From positions 1 to 61,171 of the IMG/VR virus record IMGVR_UViG_3300032753_002656: a stretch of DNA of 61,171 nucleotides, one strand, 5' to 3'. Under the pieces are notes generated by a model. That model worked only from the letters and a program-made list of their open reading frames with translations, was not told where the DNA came from and ran no database searches. Shown in pieces: positions 8,680 to 17,444 of the stretch. How positions within the stretch are numbered: position 1 is the first letter of the stretch; each line of letters begins with the position of its first letter. A program made the position numbers and the translations under genes. This DNA is from a virus (taxonomy: Duplodnaviria; Caudoviricetes).

Positions 8680-8941
8680 TAAATCCTTCTGCTAGGGGTT
8701 GAAGTGTTTCAAAATCCCCGCTCTTGACCCCACATTTACCCTTAAAGTGTATTATAAGAGTACACTGCTCTGCTTGCTCTTTGCTATGTTTACAAATTTC
8801 CATAAGAGATTGTATAACATGATCAAACGAGTTAACTTCGTCATTCCAAAGAATGAGGTTATGATTTTCTTTATTATTAATATCTGTAACCTCTAAAACT
8901 TGTTCTTCTATGTCGGGAGATCCCCAATTAATTATACCCAT
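8648..8941 (-). CDS. clpS: ATP-dependent Clp protease adaptor ClpS
   Basis: LILWNDEVNSFDHVIQSLMEICKHSKEQAEQCTLIIHFKGKCGVKSG matches Bacteroidota-type ClpS. Confidence 0.88.
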   Translation of the reverse strand: MGIINWGSPDIEEQVLEVTDINNKENHNLILWNDEVNSFDHVIQSLMEICKHSKEQAEQCTLIIHFKGKCGVKSGDFETLQPLAEGFIDRGINATID

Positions 8942-8951
8942 AGTGTTTATT

Positions 8952-9212
8952 TTATAAGCCCATTAATTTTTTCCCCATAATAATAGTTTCGGCAGGGGTT
9001 CCATTGAATTGCACAAGGTATCCTTCAAGACCCTCCCCTTCATGTATCATATACATGCTACCCGTAACTACTCCTTGTTCACCGGGTTTATGTAGATCTG
9101 CATCGTCACCATCAAGCTTAATAACGGAAGAACCAATTCCATATTTGCAACGATGATCTCCTTTTCTAAAGGTATCCACTATTTCTGCAGGTAATCCAAA
9201 TATTGCTGGCAT
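8952..9212 (-). CDS. Hypothetical protein (SH3-like beta-barrel pattern)
   Basis: GSSVIK..GEQGVVTG..YLVQF pattern. Confidence 0.55.
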   Translation of the reverse strand: MPAIFGLPAEIVDTFRKGDHRCKYGIGSSVIKLDGDDADLHKPGEQGVVTGSMYMIHEGEGLEGYLVQFNGTPAETIIMGKKLMGL

Positions 9213-9236
9213 AAAATTATTATTTTAGTTATTTTT

Positions 9237-9689
9237 CTAAATGGTAGAAAATCCAGTTTTATGTAAGACTATTTTTGACCTAAATTTTTTACGTCCGGTA
9301 TATTGGACACAATCAAAATCTATTGGATGAGCAGAGGAAAAAAAGCCTTTACCTTTAATCCATTGAAAATCAGCATATTTCTGTACCCCATTTAGATATT
9401 TCAGTGGTATATCAGTACTGATCCTTACATCTGTATTATATTTACTCCAATAGCCAACAGGTACAAAATCCATTATACCCTTAATTCCTGATTCTCCAGT
9501 CCACGCCATTATATGTAATGAAACATCACCAGATAATCTGTATGACTCAAATTGAATTTCGTTAAGGTTAAGAAATTGTTTAAAAATATTTAACAACATT
9601 AACCTATGTTTCCTATTACCACTTCGAGGAGTAAAAACAAAACCAACCTTTTGAAAAAACATATCTTTCGTGAATTCTTCTAACTCCAT
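9237..9689 (-). CDS. Hypothetical protein
   Basis: 150-aa ORF in operon. Confidence 0.6.
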   Translation of the reverse strand: MELEEFTKDMFFQKVGFVFTPRSGNRKHRLMLLNIFKQFLNLNEIQFESYRLSGDVSLHIMAWTGESGIKGIMDFVPVGYWSKYNTDVRISTDIPLKYLNGVQKYADFQWIKGKGFFSSAHPIDFDCVQYTGRKKFRSKIVLHKTGFSTI

Positions 9690-9695
9690 AATTAT

Positions 9696-10082
9696 TTAGG
9701 ATTGAAGAGTAGAAGGTTCAACCAATTTTTTCCATTTCTCGTGCACAACCTTTAATGTTGTTCCATGTGTACCTAGATCGATATGAATGGATTTTTCTTG
9801 TATGAGCGCTAGTGCACCAATAGGATCCGTAGTCATCATTTGTTTCAGCTGTTCCAAATATTGGTCAGGCATATATGTTTTGAAAACCACCCCATTCTTT
9901 TCTTTCTCTCTAGCAGAACGATTTGCTAATGCCCAAAGCTCCTTCTTTTTTTCGTCAGTAAGCTCCTTCCTAACAGTAGGATCATAAAATAAATCTACAG
10001 CCAATGTTTCAGGATCTTCCTTCAATACTTGAAGTCCAGTTTCATCCCCGTATCCGTAAAGCCATGTGTTTCCTAAATTCAT
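9696..10082 (-). CDS. Hypothetical protein
   Basis: 128-aa ORF directly after a promoter. Confidence 0.65.
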   Translation of the reverse strand: MNLGNTWLYGYGDETGLQVLKEDPETLAVDLFYDPTVRKELTDEKKKELWALANRSAREKEKNGVVFKTYMPDQYLEQLKQMMTTDPIGALALIQEKSIHIDLGTHGTTLKVVHEKWKKLVEPSTLQS

Positions 10083-10101
10083 ATTAAATTCAATTTTCCT
10101 A

Positions 10102-10173
10102 CAAATATAATTAAAATAATCAGCAAAAAAAATTTATTTCGTCACAGAAATAAATTTTAACGCCCTCTTAACA
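10102..10173 (-). promoter_or_regulatory. Bacteroidota-type promoter, adjacent hairpin and inverted TTAAC-N6-TTAAC box
   Basis: TATATTTG at 10102-10109 (minus); inverted repeat aaatttatttc-gtcaca-gaaataaattt at 10130-10157; ttaacg-ccctc-ttaaca on plus. Confidence 0.65.
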
Positions 10174-10182
10174 AGAGATAAC

Positions 10183-10377
10183 CTATAAAGAATGGCGAAG
10201 GGTAGTTACTTCTTTTTCCACCTTACGAATGAAATCCTCCAGATCCTGAATATCAGTATTAGATACCTCATATCTTTTGGATGCATATTCTACTACTTTA
10301 TCTATATCCCAGCGATGATACAATTTTGATACAATATCTTCCAATATAAATGGTTCTTTAAGCTCTGATACCTTCAT
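10183..10377 (-). CDS. Hypothetical protein
   Basis: 64 aa; AATATATA motif 5 nt upstream of the ATG. Confidence 0.55.
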   Translation of the reverse strand: MKVSELKEPFILEDIVSKLYHRWDIDKVVEYASKRYEVSNTDIQDLEDFIRKVEKEVTTLRHSL

Positions 10378-10389
10378 ATGAGTATATAT

Positions 10390-10665
10390 TTATATAGTTT
10401 CTGGATCTATCTCTGGCATGATATAAACTAACTGGTGATATACCAATTCAATATTATTTAGGGGAGCATCAACAATAGCAACTACTTCTGCATTTCTATA
10501 AAAATCCTCCTTCAAGTCAATATTAGTGGGATCTGATTCATTTTTCCAATCGGTATTATATTTTTTATATGCCGCTACCATTGCTTTATCATGGTGATCC
10601 TCCACTATTTTCCAAATTTGGTGAGCGGCATCGACAGAAAAATACATTACTATATGAACTTTCAT
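10390..10665 (-). CDS. Hypothetical protein
   Basis: 91-aa ORF. Confidence 0.55.
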   Translation of the reverse strand: MKVHIVMYFSVDAAHQIWKIVEDHHDKAMVAAYKKYNTDWKNESDPTNIDLKEDFYRNAEVVAIVDAPLNNIELVYHQLVYIMPEIDPETI

Positions 10666-10790
10666 AGTTAAAGTTTTGATATAAGTTCTATTTTCATTTC
10701 CTTCGGAATATCTAATAGTTTTAAAACTTTTTGTGAAACCGGAAATCTAACCTCTCTAATTTCTTTTACCCAATTATTAGATTAAATCTA

Positions 10791-11123
10791 CTAAAGGTTA
10801 TCATTTTTCTTATTTATAGGAGGATCAAATGATTTTGGTAAAATATCAACACCCATCTTTTTAGCCTGACGGACAATGATTGGAATTAAGATACTTGCTC
10901 CAGGAATGATAATGAAAGGAACTACAACACCCACAACTTTTAATGTGTCCCATAGTTGGGCCTTTAATATTTTTTCCTCATCATCCGTTATTTTACGATC
11001 TTTCATATACTTACCGATTATCTCGGCAGCCTCTTTTGTTCCTCTGGCCTCTTCCTTTATTCCTCGTACAAAATGGTGGGCATTCACTTCAATTTTCTGT
11101 ACTATTATTTCAAACATTCTCAT
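10791..11123 (-). CDS. LETM1-like membrane protein
   Basis: DTLKVVGVVVPFIIIPGASILIPII..DILPKSF resembles the LETM1 D-x-x-R-LVPF-x-FIIVP..LP..LPSTF block. Confidence 0.55.
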   Translation of the reverse strand: MRMFEIIVQKIEVNAHHFVRGIKEEARGTKEAAEIIGKYMKDRKITDDEEKILKAQLWDTLKVVGVVVPFIIIPGASILIPIIVRQAKKMGVDILPKSFDPPINKKNDNL

Positions 11124-11137
11124 TGGAGCTTGAGGAA

Positions 11138-11491
11138 TTATTCCTCACCCATTTTATAGGCTTCTATTAATTCAAGATATTGAGGGTCTACAAATACTTT
11201 AACATTACTTGCATGAAATTCTGCTAATTTGGTAAGTTTGTTATGCTGGATAGCTAGTTTTCTTTCATGCTCTAAAGCCGCTGGCAATTTATTTTCTGCT
11301 GGTACTATAACACCTAAAGTTCCATCCTCGTTATAAGAGTGTAGGATGACTTTAGTTCCAGGACAAGAAACACCATAAGGTGCTCCTTCCTTTATCAGGT
11401 ATTCTCCCGGAGGGTATTTGGAAATAATTTCTTGTACACTTTCTGGCCTAGATCTTATCCATTCTAACCATTGCTCTTTTTTACTAGACAT
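11138..11491 (-). CDS. Hypothetical protein
   Basis: 117 aa; W..SRP..VQ.I..KYPP motif recurrent in phages. Confidence 0.6.
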   Translation of the reverse strand: MSSKKEQWLEWIRSRPESVQEIISKYPPGEYLIKEGAPYGVSCPGTKVILHSYNEDGTLGVIVPAENKLPAALEHERKLAIQHNKLTKLAEFHASNVKVFVDPQYLELIEAYKMGEE

Positions 11492-12032
11492 ATCGTGCTT
11501 TTTTAAATAAATTATCGAATCTGCTTATTGTTGGGGTCTTTCCATCTGTATCTTCCCTGGGTTTAAGGTAGACACCCTCGATATACTCCCCTTTACTGTT
11601 TTTCTTTGTACCCATCTTATCAAAGATACGAGTTTCTGAATTCTCGATAGTTTCGAATGTAATCATCACGACCTCTTTTCTTTCCTTCGTCCTTTTGATT
11701 TCTTCGATGTCCATCTTGTTTTCTGGGTCTCCCTCCCATATCCAACCTTCTGTTATCATAGATATACAAAGTGGAGATACTCCTTGTTCTTCTAACTTAC
11801 TAAGTATTTGGGGAACAACAACATTTGTTAGCGCATCTTTTGTTGAACCATTCCTAAATAAATCATTAGGTATCGGAACTAAAACTAGTACTGGTTTTTC
11901 CTCGTTTGGATCCTGACATAATATATTAAAGACGGGAGAAATTTGGCTTGATTCAATAATCTCCTCGTTTGTTTGTTGGATGATGAATTTTTTAAATTTT
12001 TCTATATCCTCACGATTTCTTTCCGTAGACAT
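11484..12032 (-). CDS. Hypothetical protein
   Basis: 182 aa; ITEGW..RKEVVMITFET. Confidence 0.65.
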   Translation of the reverse strand: MSTERNREDIEKFKKFIIQQTNEEIIESSQISPVFNILCQDPNEEKPVLVLVPIPNDLFRNGSTKDALTNVVVPQILSKLEEQGVSPLCISMITEGWIWEGDPENKMDIEEIKRTKERKEVVMITFETIENSETRIFDKMGTKKNSKGEYIEGVYLKPREDTDGKTPTISRFDNLFKKARYV

Positions 12033-12052
12033 TGTAATGAAAATTTATGTTG

Positions 12053-12110
12053 TAAAAGTAATGTATTTTTCTCAATTAAAAAAATCTATTATGTTAAATC
12101 TATGTTAAGA
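12053..12110 (-). promoter_or_regulatory. Promoter variant (TACTTTTA) with perfect TTAACA-N5-TTAACA box
   Basis: Sense TCTTAACATAGATTTAACAT...TACATTACTTTTACAAC, about 20 nt before the ATG at 12032. Confidence 0.65.
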
Positions 12111-12114
12111 TTTA

Positions 12115-12573
12115 TTAGGAAATAATTACTAATATTCTCTTCCTTGCCAAGGGTGAAATCTTACATTCAGAGAATACCCTGTCTAGTAATAATTTAGCCT
12201 CCTCTGGTGATTCATTAAATTTGTCTAGAATTGCTAATGTCCAGGATTCATCATCCCACTTACTTGGATCTGCCGGTTTCCTATTTAGTTCAGTGGGATC
12301 AATTTTGATATTCTCTGGAGGAGGGATAATTTTTTTAGTATCATTTCCTTTTTTTGCTATGGATTTACGATTGCTCCCAAATCCATTTCTACTTGCCATG
12401 CTAGCAATTTTAGCAGCTACTTCTGGATCCTTAATTATTTGATACTCATTTCCAGTTTTATGGTGTACAATAAGATGTCCGGATGCTTTTTGCACAGGAG
12501 AACATTCTATACAAAAGTTAAATCCTAAATTAACCCTTTTTTGTGGTATTATATTACCGCACTTGCATATCAT
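12115..12573 (-). CDS. TraR/DksA-like C4 zinc-finger protein
   Basis: CKCGNIIPQKRVNLGFNFCIECS. Confidence 0.6.
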   Translation of the reverse strand: MICKCGNIIPQKRVNLGFNFCIECSPVQKASGHLIVHHKTGNEYQIIKDPEVAAKIASMASRNGFGSNRKSIAKKGNDTKKIIPPPENIKIDPTELNRKPADPSKWDDESWTLAILDKFNESPEEAKLLLDRVFSECKISPLARKRILVIIS

Positions 12574-12829
12574 TGGGAGTATATGATATTACTGGAAAAT
12601 CCAGATAGCCAAAAATAAATTGATTAGTTTCTGCTTTGAAGTATAAAGATCCTTCATAAATTTTCTGTTGCAATAGATCTACCAAAAAATGTCGGACCTC
12701 TTTTTTTTGTACCATCTGGGCAAACAGCTGTTTATTGGGGGTGTCTTTTAGAACTTTTTGTATAATTTTACCCGATAATAAACCTCCATTGTCAGTAAAA
12801 GTTTTCCGAAATTGAGCCACTGTTAACAT
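12554..12829 (-). CDS. Hypothetical protein
   Basis: 91-aa ORF after a promoter. Confidence 0.6.
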   Translation of the reverse strand: MLTVAQFRKTFTDNGGLLSGKIIQKVLKDTPNKQLFAQMVQKKEVRHFLVDLLQQKIYEGSLYFKAETNQFIFGYLDFPVISYTPNDMQVR

Positions 12830-12849
12830 TGAAATTACATTTAGTCTTG

Positions 12850-12890
12850 CAAATGTAATAAAAAATATCTGAAGTAAAAAATATTTTTTG
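12850..12890 (-). promoter_or_regulatory. Bacteroidota-type promoter
   Basis: Sense TTTTTACTTCAGATATTTTTTATTACATTTGC (TACATTTG 12850-12857). Confidence 0.75.
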
Positions 12891-12929
12891 AACTTTTTCT
12901 TTAGCTGTGTATTATAGTCTAATAGGCCA

Positions 12930-12937
12930 GATATATA
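12930..12937 (+). promoter_or_regulatory. GATATATA motif (candidate phage late promoter)
   Basis: 4 nt before ATG 12942; repeated at 13132-13139 before ATG 13144. Confidence 0.5.
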
Positions 12938-12941
12938 AGAA

Positions 12942-13127
12942 ATGAAACATCTTATACCAATACATTTATTTGAATGGAATATACCAGGGGATGCTACTGG
13001 TGATGGTAGTATGATGGCTCAAAATCCTAGAATCCCGGATACAATTTCCATAAAAAAATATAGTGATGAGTGGCAAAAGAAACCTTGTAGGAAATGTAAG
13101 AAAAAAGGATTAAAGAGAGGAAGGTAA
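12942..13127 (+). CDS. Small protein with capsid-targeting-like N-terminus
   Basis: MKHLIPIHLFE start; C-terminal CxxC and basic tail. Confidence 0.55.
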   Translation: MKHLIPIHLFEWNIPGDATGDGSMMAQNPRIPDTISIKKYSDEWQKKPCRKCKKKGLKRGR

Positions 13128-13143
13128 AGAAGATATATAAAAA

Positions 13144-13713
13144 ATGAATACTAGCAAACCATCCGGTTATAAATTAAAAGGTCCACAAGCTGGAATTGAT
13201 CTAGAAACACCAGAAGAAGGTACAAGAGCTGTAGTTAAATCTCCACAGGGAGAAATGAGCCAAGACAACATAATTCAAAAGTTACAAACTGGTGATTATG
13301 AAGGGGCCAAAAAATTAGTTAATGATTTATTAGCTTTTGATGGAACAGAGGAAGAGAATGAATTGATCAAAGGGATCCTATTGCAGGTGGAAGATTATTT
13401 AAAGACATTAGAACCAGAGAAAAGAAAAGAGATCAAGGCGGCAGTTATGGGTGATGATACGCCAGGAGGAAAAACAAACCCTAAATATGTAATGGAAAAA
13501 ATGAGCAAATTAAACAATTACTCTGAATTTGTGGGTAAAGTTAATGAACAAGTAACGGCGGATTTAAAATCTTTACCATTCGAAAAAGTTTTATCCATGT
13601 TCGAAACTTTAGTAAATAGTTTAGCTACTAAAACTAAGACCCCTGCAGACGAGCAACAACTTAATGATCTTAGAGCAGAATTAACATCAAGGAGAGATCC
13701 AAGCAAACATTAA
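13144..13713 (+). CDS. Hypothetical (candidate head-internal) protein
   Basis: 189 aa; internal MSKLNNYSEFVGKVNE resembles a capsid-targeting peptide. Confidence 0.65.
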   Translation: MNTSKPSGYKLKGPQAGIDLETPEEGTRAVVKSPQGEMSQDNIIQKLQTGDYEGAKKLVNDLLAFDGTEEENELIKGILLQVEDYLKTLEPEKRKEIKAAVMGDDTPGGKTNPKYVMEKMSKLNNYSEFVGKVNEQVTADLKSLPFEKVLSMFETLVNSLATKTKTPADEQQLNDLRAELTSRRDPSKH

Positions 13714-13726
13714 TAAGAACATACAT

Positions 13727-14791
13727 ATGGAAAAGGCTAAGGTCCTATTTATCCTCAAAAGGAGAGAGGATTATAACATTGAAAAACACACTAAAATAGG
13801 TCTTATCACTGGCTTATTTAACTCGGCATCTTTTATGAACCAAATGTTAGTTGATGCTGGCATTGATTCAAATCTTGAAGTTGTTATAGATAATAATGAT
13901 ATTGATAGGCAGGTAAATAAATATAAGCCCACACATGTGATCATTGAGGCCCTTTGGGTAGTACCTTCCAAATTTTCAGTCCTTTGTAAACTGCACCCAA
14001 ATGTTAAATGGATTATTCGTTTACATAGTGAAATTCCATTCTTAGCAAATGAGGGTATGGCAATGGATTGGATTGGTGATTATATTGAATTTCCAAATCT
14101 TTATATTGGAGCTAATGCTCCAAGGGCATTAAAAGAGGTAAGATTTTTTGCTGCTCATAAAATGGAATGGGATGAAATAACAGCAGAGGAGAGAATTATT
14201 TATTTTCCTAATTACTATCCACAGGATTATAAAAAGAAAGAATTAGATAAAGAGAAAGATTGGATTGATATAAGTTGTTTTGGTGCTATCAGGCCACTTA
14301 AAAACCACGTACTTCAAGCATTAGCAGCTATTCAATTTGCAGACAAGATCGAAAAGAAACTTCGATTCCATGTAAATTCAGGTAGGATTGAAATGAACGG
14401 GAGTCCGGTGCTAAATAATTTAAAGGGATTATTTGAGCAACTACATGAAAAAGGACACCAATTAATCAATCATGAATGGACGGATCGAGAAGGATTTTTA
14501 GAATTATGTGGTAAAATGGATATTGGTATGCAAGCTTCTATTACGGAAACGTTTAATATAGTTGGTGCGGATCTAATTAGTCAAGGAGTTCCTCTAGTAG
14601 GTTCTAGTGAAATTCCATGGGCTGCTAATTTCTTTTGTGCTAATCCAGTAGAAAGCGATGATATTTGCTCTGCCCTCATGAGAACTTATAGATTCCCCCA
14701 AACAAATGTTTGGCTAAATCAATACCTATTAAAAAGATATACTAATAAGACCAAAAATATTTGGGTAAAATACTTTACTAATCATATATAA
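13727..14791 (+). CDS. Glycosyltransferase (GT-B, family 4-like)
   Basis: FGAIRPLKNH...DIGMQASITETFNIVGADLISQGVPLVGS (E-x7-D/E nucleotide-sugar motif). Confidence 0.75.
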   Translation: MEKAKVLFILKRREDYNIEKHTKIGLITGLFNSASFMNQMLVDAGIDSNLEVVIDNNDIDRQVNKYKPTHVIIEALWVVPSKFSVLCKLHPNVKWIIRLHSEIPFLANEGMAMDWIGDYIEFPNLYIGANAPRALKEVRFFAAHKMEWDEITAEERIIYFPNYYPQDYKKKELDKEKDWIDISCFGAIRPLKNHVLQALAAIQFADKIEKKLRFHVNSGRIEMNGSPVLNNLKGLFEQLHEKGHQLINHEWTDREGFLELCGKMDIGMQASITETFNIVGADLISQGVPLVGSSEIPWAANFFCANPVESDDICSALMRTYRFPQTNVWLNQYLLKRYTNKTKNIWVKYFTNHI

Positions 14792-14794
14792 TCA

Positions 14795-15001
14795 ATGAAA
14801 CATCAAAAACATAGAATGAAAAAATCAAGATGGATTGAGGGAGTACTTCAAACTGAAATCATCTTATTTGAATCACTCGAAGAAGCATTAATAGAAGCTA
14901 ATTTATTTAAGGGTTGGCAAATTAAGATCTATAATGAAATGAATGAATTAGTTCATAGCCAGAATAATGGTTATGACCACGGATATCACACCTATGCATA
15001 A
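14795..15001 (+). CDS. Hypothetical protein
   Basis: 68 aa, coupled to the glycosyltransferase. Confidence 0.55.
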   Translation: MKHQKHRMKKSRWIEGVLQTEIILFESLEEALIEANLFKGWQIKIYNEMNELVHSQNNGYDHGYHTYA

Positions 15002-15009
15002 TAGTTTGA

Positions 15010-15048
15010 AATAATTTTTTTTTATTCAATAACGAATTATTATATTTG
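15010..15048 (+). promoter_or_regulatory. Bacteroidota-type promoter
   Basis: TTTTTTTTATTCAATAACGAATTATTATATTTGC, 15 nt before ATG 15064. Confidence 0.7.
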
Positions 15049-15063
15049 CATTAAATAAGAGTT

Positions 15064-15429
15064 ATGACTATTTTCAATCCAGAGAATAAACAGGTCCTTA
15101 CGTTTAAAGAGTTATTAGATCCTGCAATGGAAATTAAGGAAAATGAGGATGCTAAACAATATCTTGCAAGTTATGTAGAATGGCTAGAAGCTGCATGGCT
15201 ACGTGACGGTAAGATAGAAAAAGAGCCTGCTATTAATATAGCCAAATCTAATTTAGGATATTGGGCAGGTTATTATTCTGAATCCACAAGAAAGAGAGTA
15301 GAAAACCTTTTTGAATGTGAACATCCTATATTTGGGTCAATAGAGAAAAACGGCAGGCCTACTGCAGAGGAAGCATTAAAATTAGGTATTAAGATGGGAG
15401 AAGAATCCATCAAAAGGAATTTAAAATAG
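15064..15429 (+). CDS. Conserved phage hypothetical protein
   Basis: AKSNLGYWAGYY..RVENLFECEHPIFG. Confidence 0.7.
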   Translation: MTIFNPENKQVLTFKELLDPAMEIKENEDAKQYLASYVEWLEAAWLRDGKIEKEPAINIAKSNLGYWAGYYSESTRKRVENLFECEHPIFGSIEKNGRPTAEEALKLGIKMGEESIKRNLK

Positions 15430-15903
15430 ATCCCCCTGTTTAGGTATTGGAGGAGTCGGGGTAATTTCCGGCTCCTTATATTTGTGGGCATTTTTTTTAA
15501 CCCATTCCTGTAAATGCTTTTCAATTTCTATATCAGGACCCCTTAAAATCTCATAATTAGCTATTTTTGTTAATTGGCCAGAATAATAATACATCTTAGA
15601 TCTTAGTTGCTCCATTTCCAAAGGATTTAGGGAATGATATGCAATAACCTTTGCTCCTAATTGGCACCAATAATCCATATCCCTCCTATCAAATCCAAAT
15701 CCATCATTTATACCGTTTCCTATGCTAAGCAAATACATCCACAATAAACCTTTAATTCTATTAGTATCACATTCTAAAGAAATCAAAGATCCATATCCTA
15801 AGGATTTATCCATATCATCCCTTGTGATTTCTTTCACTGGAGTAACCTTCTTAATTAGCCATTCGTTGATAAATTCTATAAAGGGTTTAATCTTTTCCAT
15901 CAT
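15421..15903 (-). CDS. Candidate head-internal protein with C-terminal clamp-binding-like motif
   Basis: Starts MMEKIKPFIEFINE; ends KQGDLF*; GATATATA at 15911-15918 (minus). Confidence 0.65.
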   Translation of the reverse strand: MMEKIKPFIEFINEWLIKKVTPVKEITRDDMDKSLGYGSLISLECDTNRIKGLLWMYLLSIGNGINDGFGFDRRDMDYWCQLGAKVIAYHSLNPLEMEQLRSKMYYYSGQLTKIANYEILRGPDIEIEKHLQEWVKKNAHKYKEPEITPTPPIPKQGDLF

Positions 15904-15974
15904 AATGTTTTATATATCTTTGTGATTCGTCTTGAGAGGCGCCCTCTTTTAAATTCAAAATATAGTTATTTTTA

Positions 15975-16011
15975 CTTTAACGTTTTTCTTGCAAAAAAAT
16001 TCGTACATTTG
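15975..16011 (+). promoter_or_regulatory. Bacteroidota-type promoter
   Basis: TACATTTG at 16004-16011, 16 nt before ATG 16028. Confidence 0.6.
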
Positions 16012-16027
16012 TATTTAATTTGTAATT

Positions 16028-16606
16028 ATGAAAAGAGGTATAACAGAGGGCCAAATTAATTTCTTAAATTACGGAGCCTCTGGTAAATGGAGCATTGACG
16101 AAAACTGGTTAGTTAATGTCGATGGTCATTTCTTTTGTAATGCTGAATGGAGCCCAAATTATACATTAGATGGATTTATGGGGCTAAATTTTGGTAGGAT
16201 CGAGGGGGATTTTATTGCTTCTGCTGTTAGATTAACTTCATTGAAGGGATGTCCTAGATATGTCGGTAGAAATTTTGACGTTGAACATAATCTATTGAGA
16301 ACTACTAAACATTCACCTGAATGGGTAGGTTTAAGTTATAGAATACAGCATAATTCACTAGTTTCTTTAGAAGATCTACATCCAGATAACATCGGTGGAA
16401 AATTATATTTCTTTAATGAAAGAGTTTCGGTAGAAACACTTCATAAAATTTGGGGCTTTATGAAAAAGAAGAAAACAATCTTTGAAGTAGCAGTTGTATC
16501 TGTATGGAATGATATTCCAGAAAAGGACCAAATATTATTAGATGATTATCTACCAAAAGATATAGAATTATACAAGTCTCTTGTTGATTATGGTATCATA
16601 AAATAA
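16028..16606 (+). CDS. Leucine-rich-repeat-like phage protein
   Basis: Repeats GDFIASAVRLTSLKGCPRYV / RNFDVEHNLLRTTKHSPEWV / LSYRIQHNSLVSLEDL. Confidence 0.7.
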   Translation: MKRGITEGQINFLNYGASGKWSIDENWLVNVDGHFFCNAEWSPNYTLDGFMGLNFGRIEGDFIASAVRLTSLKGCPRYVGRNFDVEHNLLRTTKHSPEWVGLSYRIQHNSLVSLEDLHPDNIGGKLYFFNERVSVETLHKIWGFMKKKKTIFEVAVVSVWNDIPEKDQILLDDYLPKDIELYKSLVDYGIIK

Positions 16607-16783
16607 TTTTATTACCCTCGAAACATTCATTAAAATCATTGCTAAAAATATTACATCAGTAATATCCCAGCCGTTGATACTATCTAAGAGAGGCTTCTCA
16701 ATTCAAAATTTCTATTTAATTTCAGTTAATTCTTTTGCTGTTTAAACAGCCAGAAGTAATGAATAAGAGATTATGATTAAAGA

Positions 16784-16827
16784 TTAATTTGGTTGATTAA
16801 AATCATGCTTAAAATCAACCAAATTAA
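16784..16827. repeat. Perfect 15-bp inverted repeat between convergent genes (possible terminator or binding site)
   Basis: ttaatttggttgatt-N14-aatcaaccaaattaa. Confidence 0.75.
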
Positions 16828-16868
16828 ATACCAAAGTATAATAATTAATGAATAAAATTGGGTAAGAA

Positions 16869-17366
16869 TTATTTATTTAAGATACCCTTTGTTTTGGCAG
16901 GTAGGAAATAGCGCATGATTGAAATACCAAAGAAACTAACATTACTGGCAGAATTTACACCACTGTAATAATATTGTCCATAATAAACATTAATATGGAC
17001 AGTCTTACTATAGGAATATTCTATGCCGGACGTGAATTCGACGAGAAAATTTTCTTCTGCATTCATGACAAAGCCTACTCCAGTAGTAATAGTATTTGTC
17101 CATTTACCTTGTTGAAAGATATTAAGATTAGGACGGATCTCAAAATAAGTAGATGTATCTTTGCCTGATTGTTTTGATAGCGTAGTTTTACCTATATCAA
17201 CACCTAGACTAAAAACGTCCCATTGTTCCCCTGCCTCTAAAGAAAGATTGGCTTTATCTTTTATAGTTCCAGCTGTATTTGTAAGGCTAGGAACAAAAGA
17301 AACATACGTTTGTGCATATGCATAGCTACTTCCTAGTAATGCTAGCGATAGTATTATTTTTTTCAT
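16869..17366 (-). CDS. Exported, probable outer-membrane beta-barrel protein
   Basis: Signal peptide MKKIILSLALLGSSYAYA-Q; alternating aromatic beta-strands. Confidence 0.65.
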   Translation of the reverse strand: MKKIILSLALLGSSYAYAQTYVSFVPSLTNTAGTIKDKANLSLEAGEQWDVFSLGVDIGKTTLSKQSGKDTSTYFEIRPNLNIFQQGKWTNTITTGVGFVMNAEENFLVEFTSGIEYSYSKTVHINVYYGQYYYSGVNSASNVSFFGISIMRYFLPAKTKGILNK

Positions 17367-17444
17367 ATTATTCTATTTTACGAATCCCTATCAGATCCTG
17401 GTTAATTAATTCTTTTATATCCTCTTTATTTATACCTTTACTAA

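Noticed and set aside
12885-12899. 15-nt match tttttgaactttttc shared with 59543-59557
   Set aside because: Low-complexity T-rich sequence with only two copies; may be chance.
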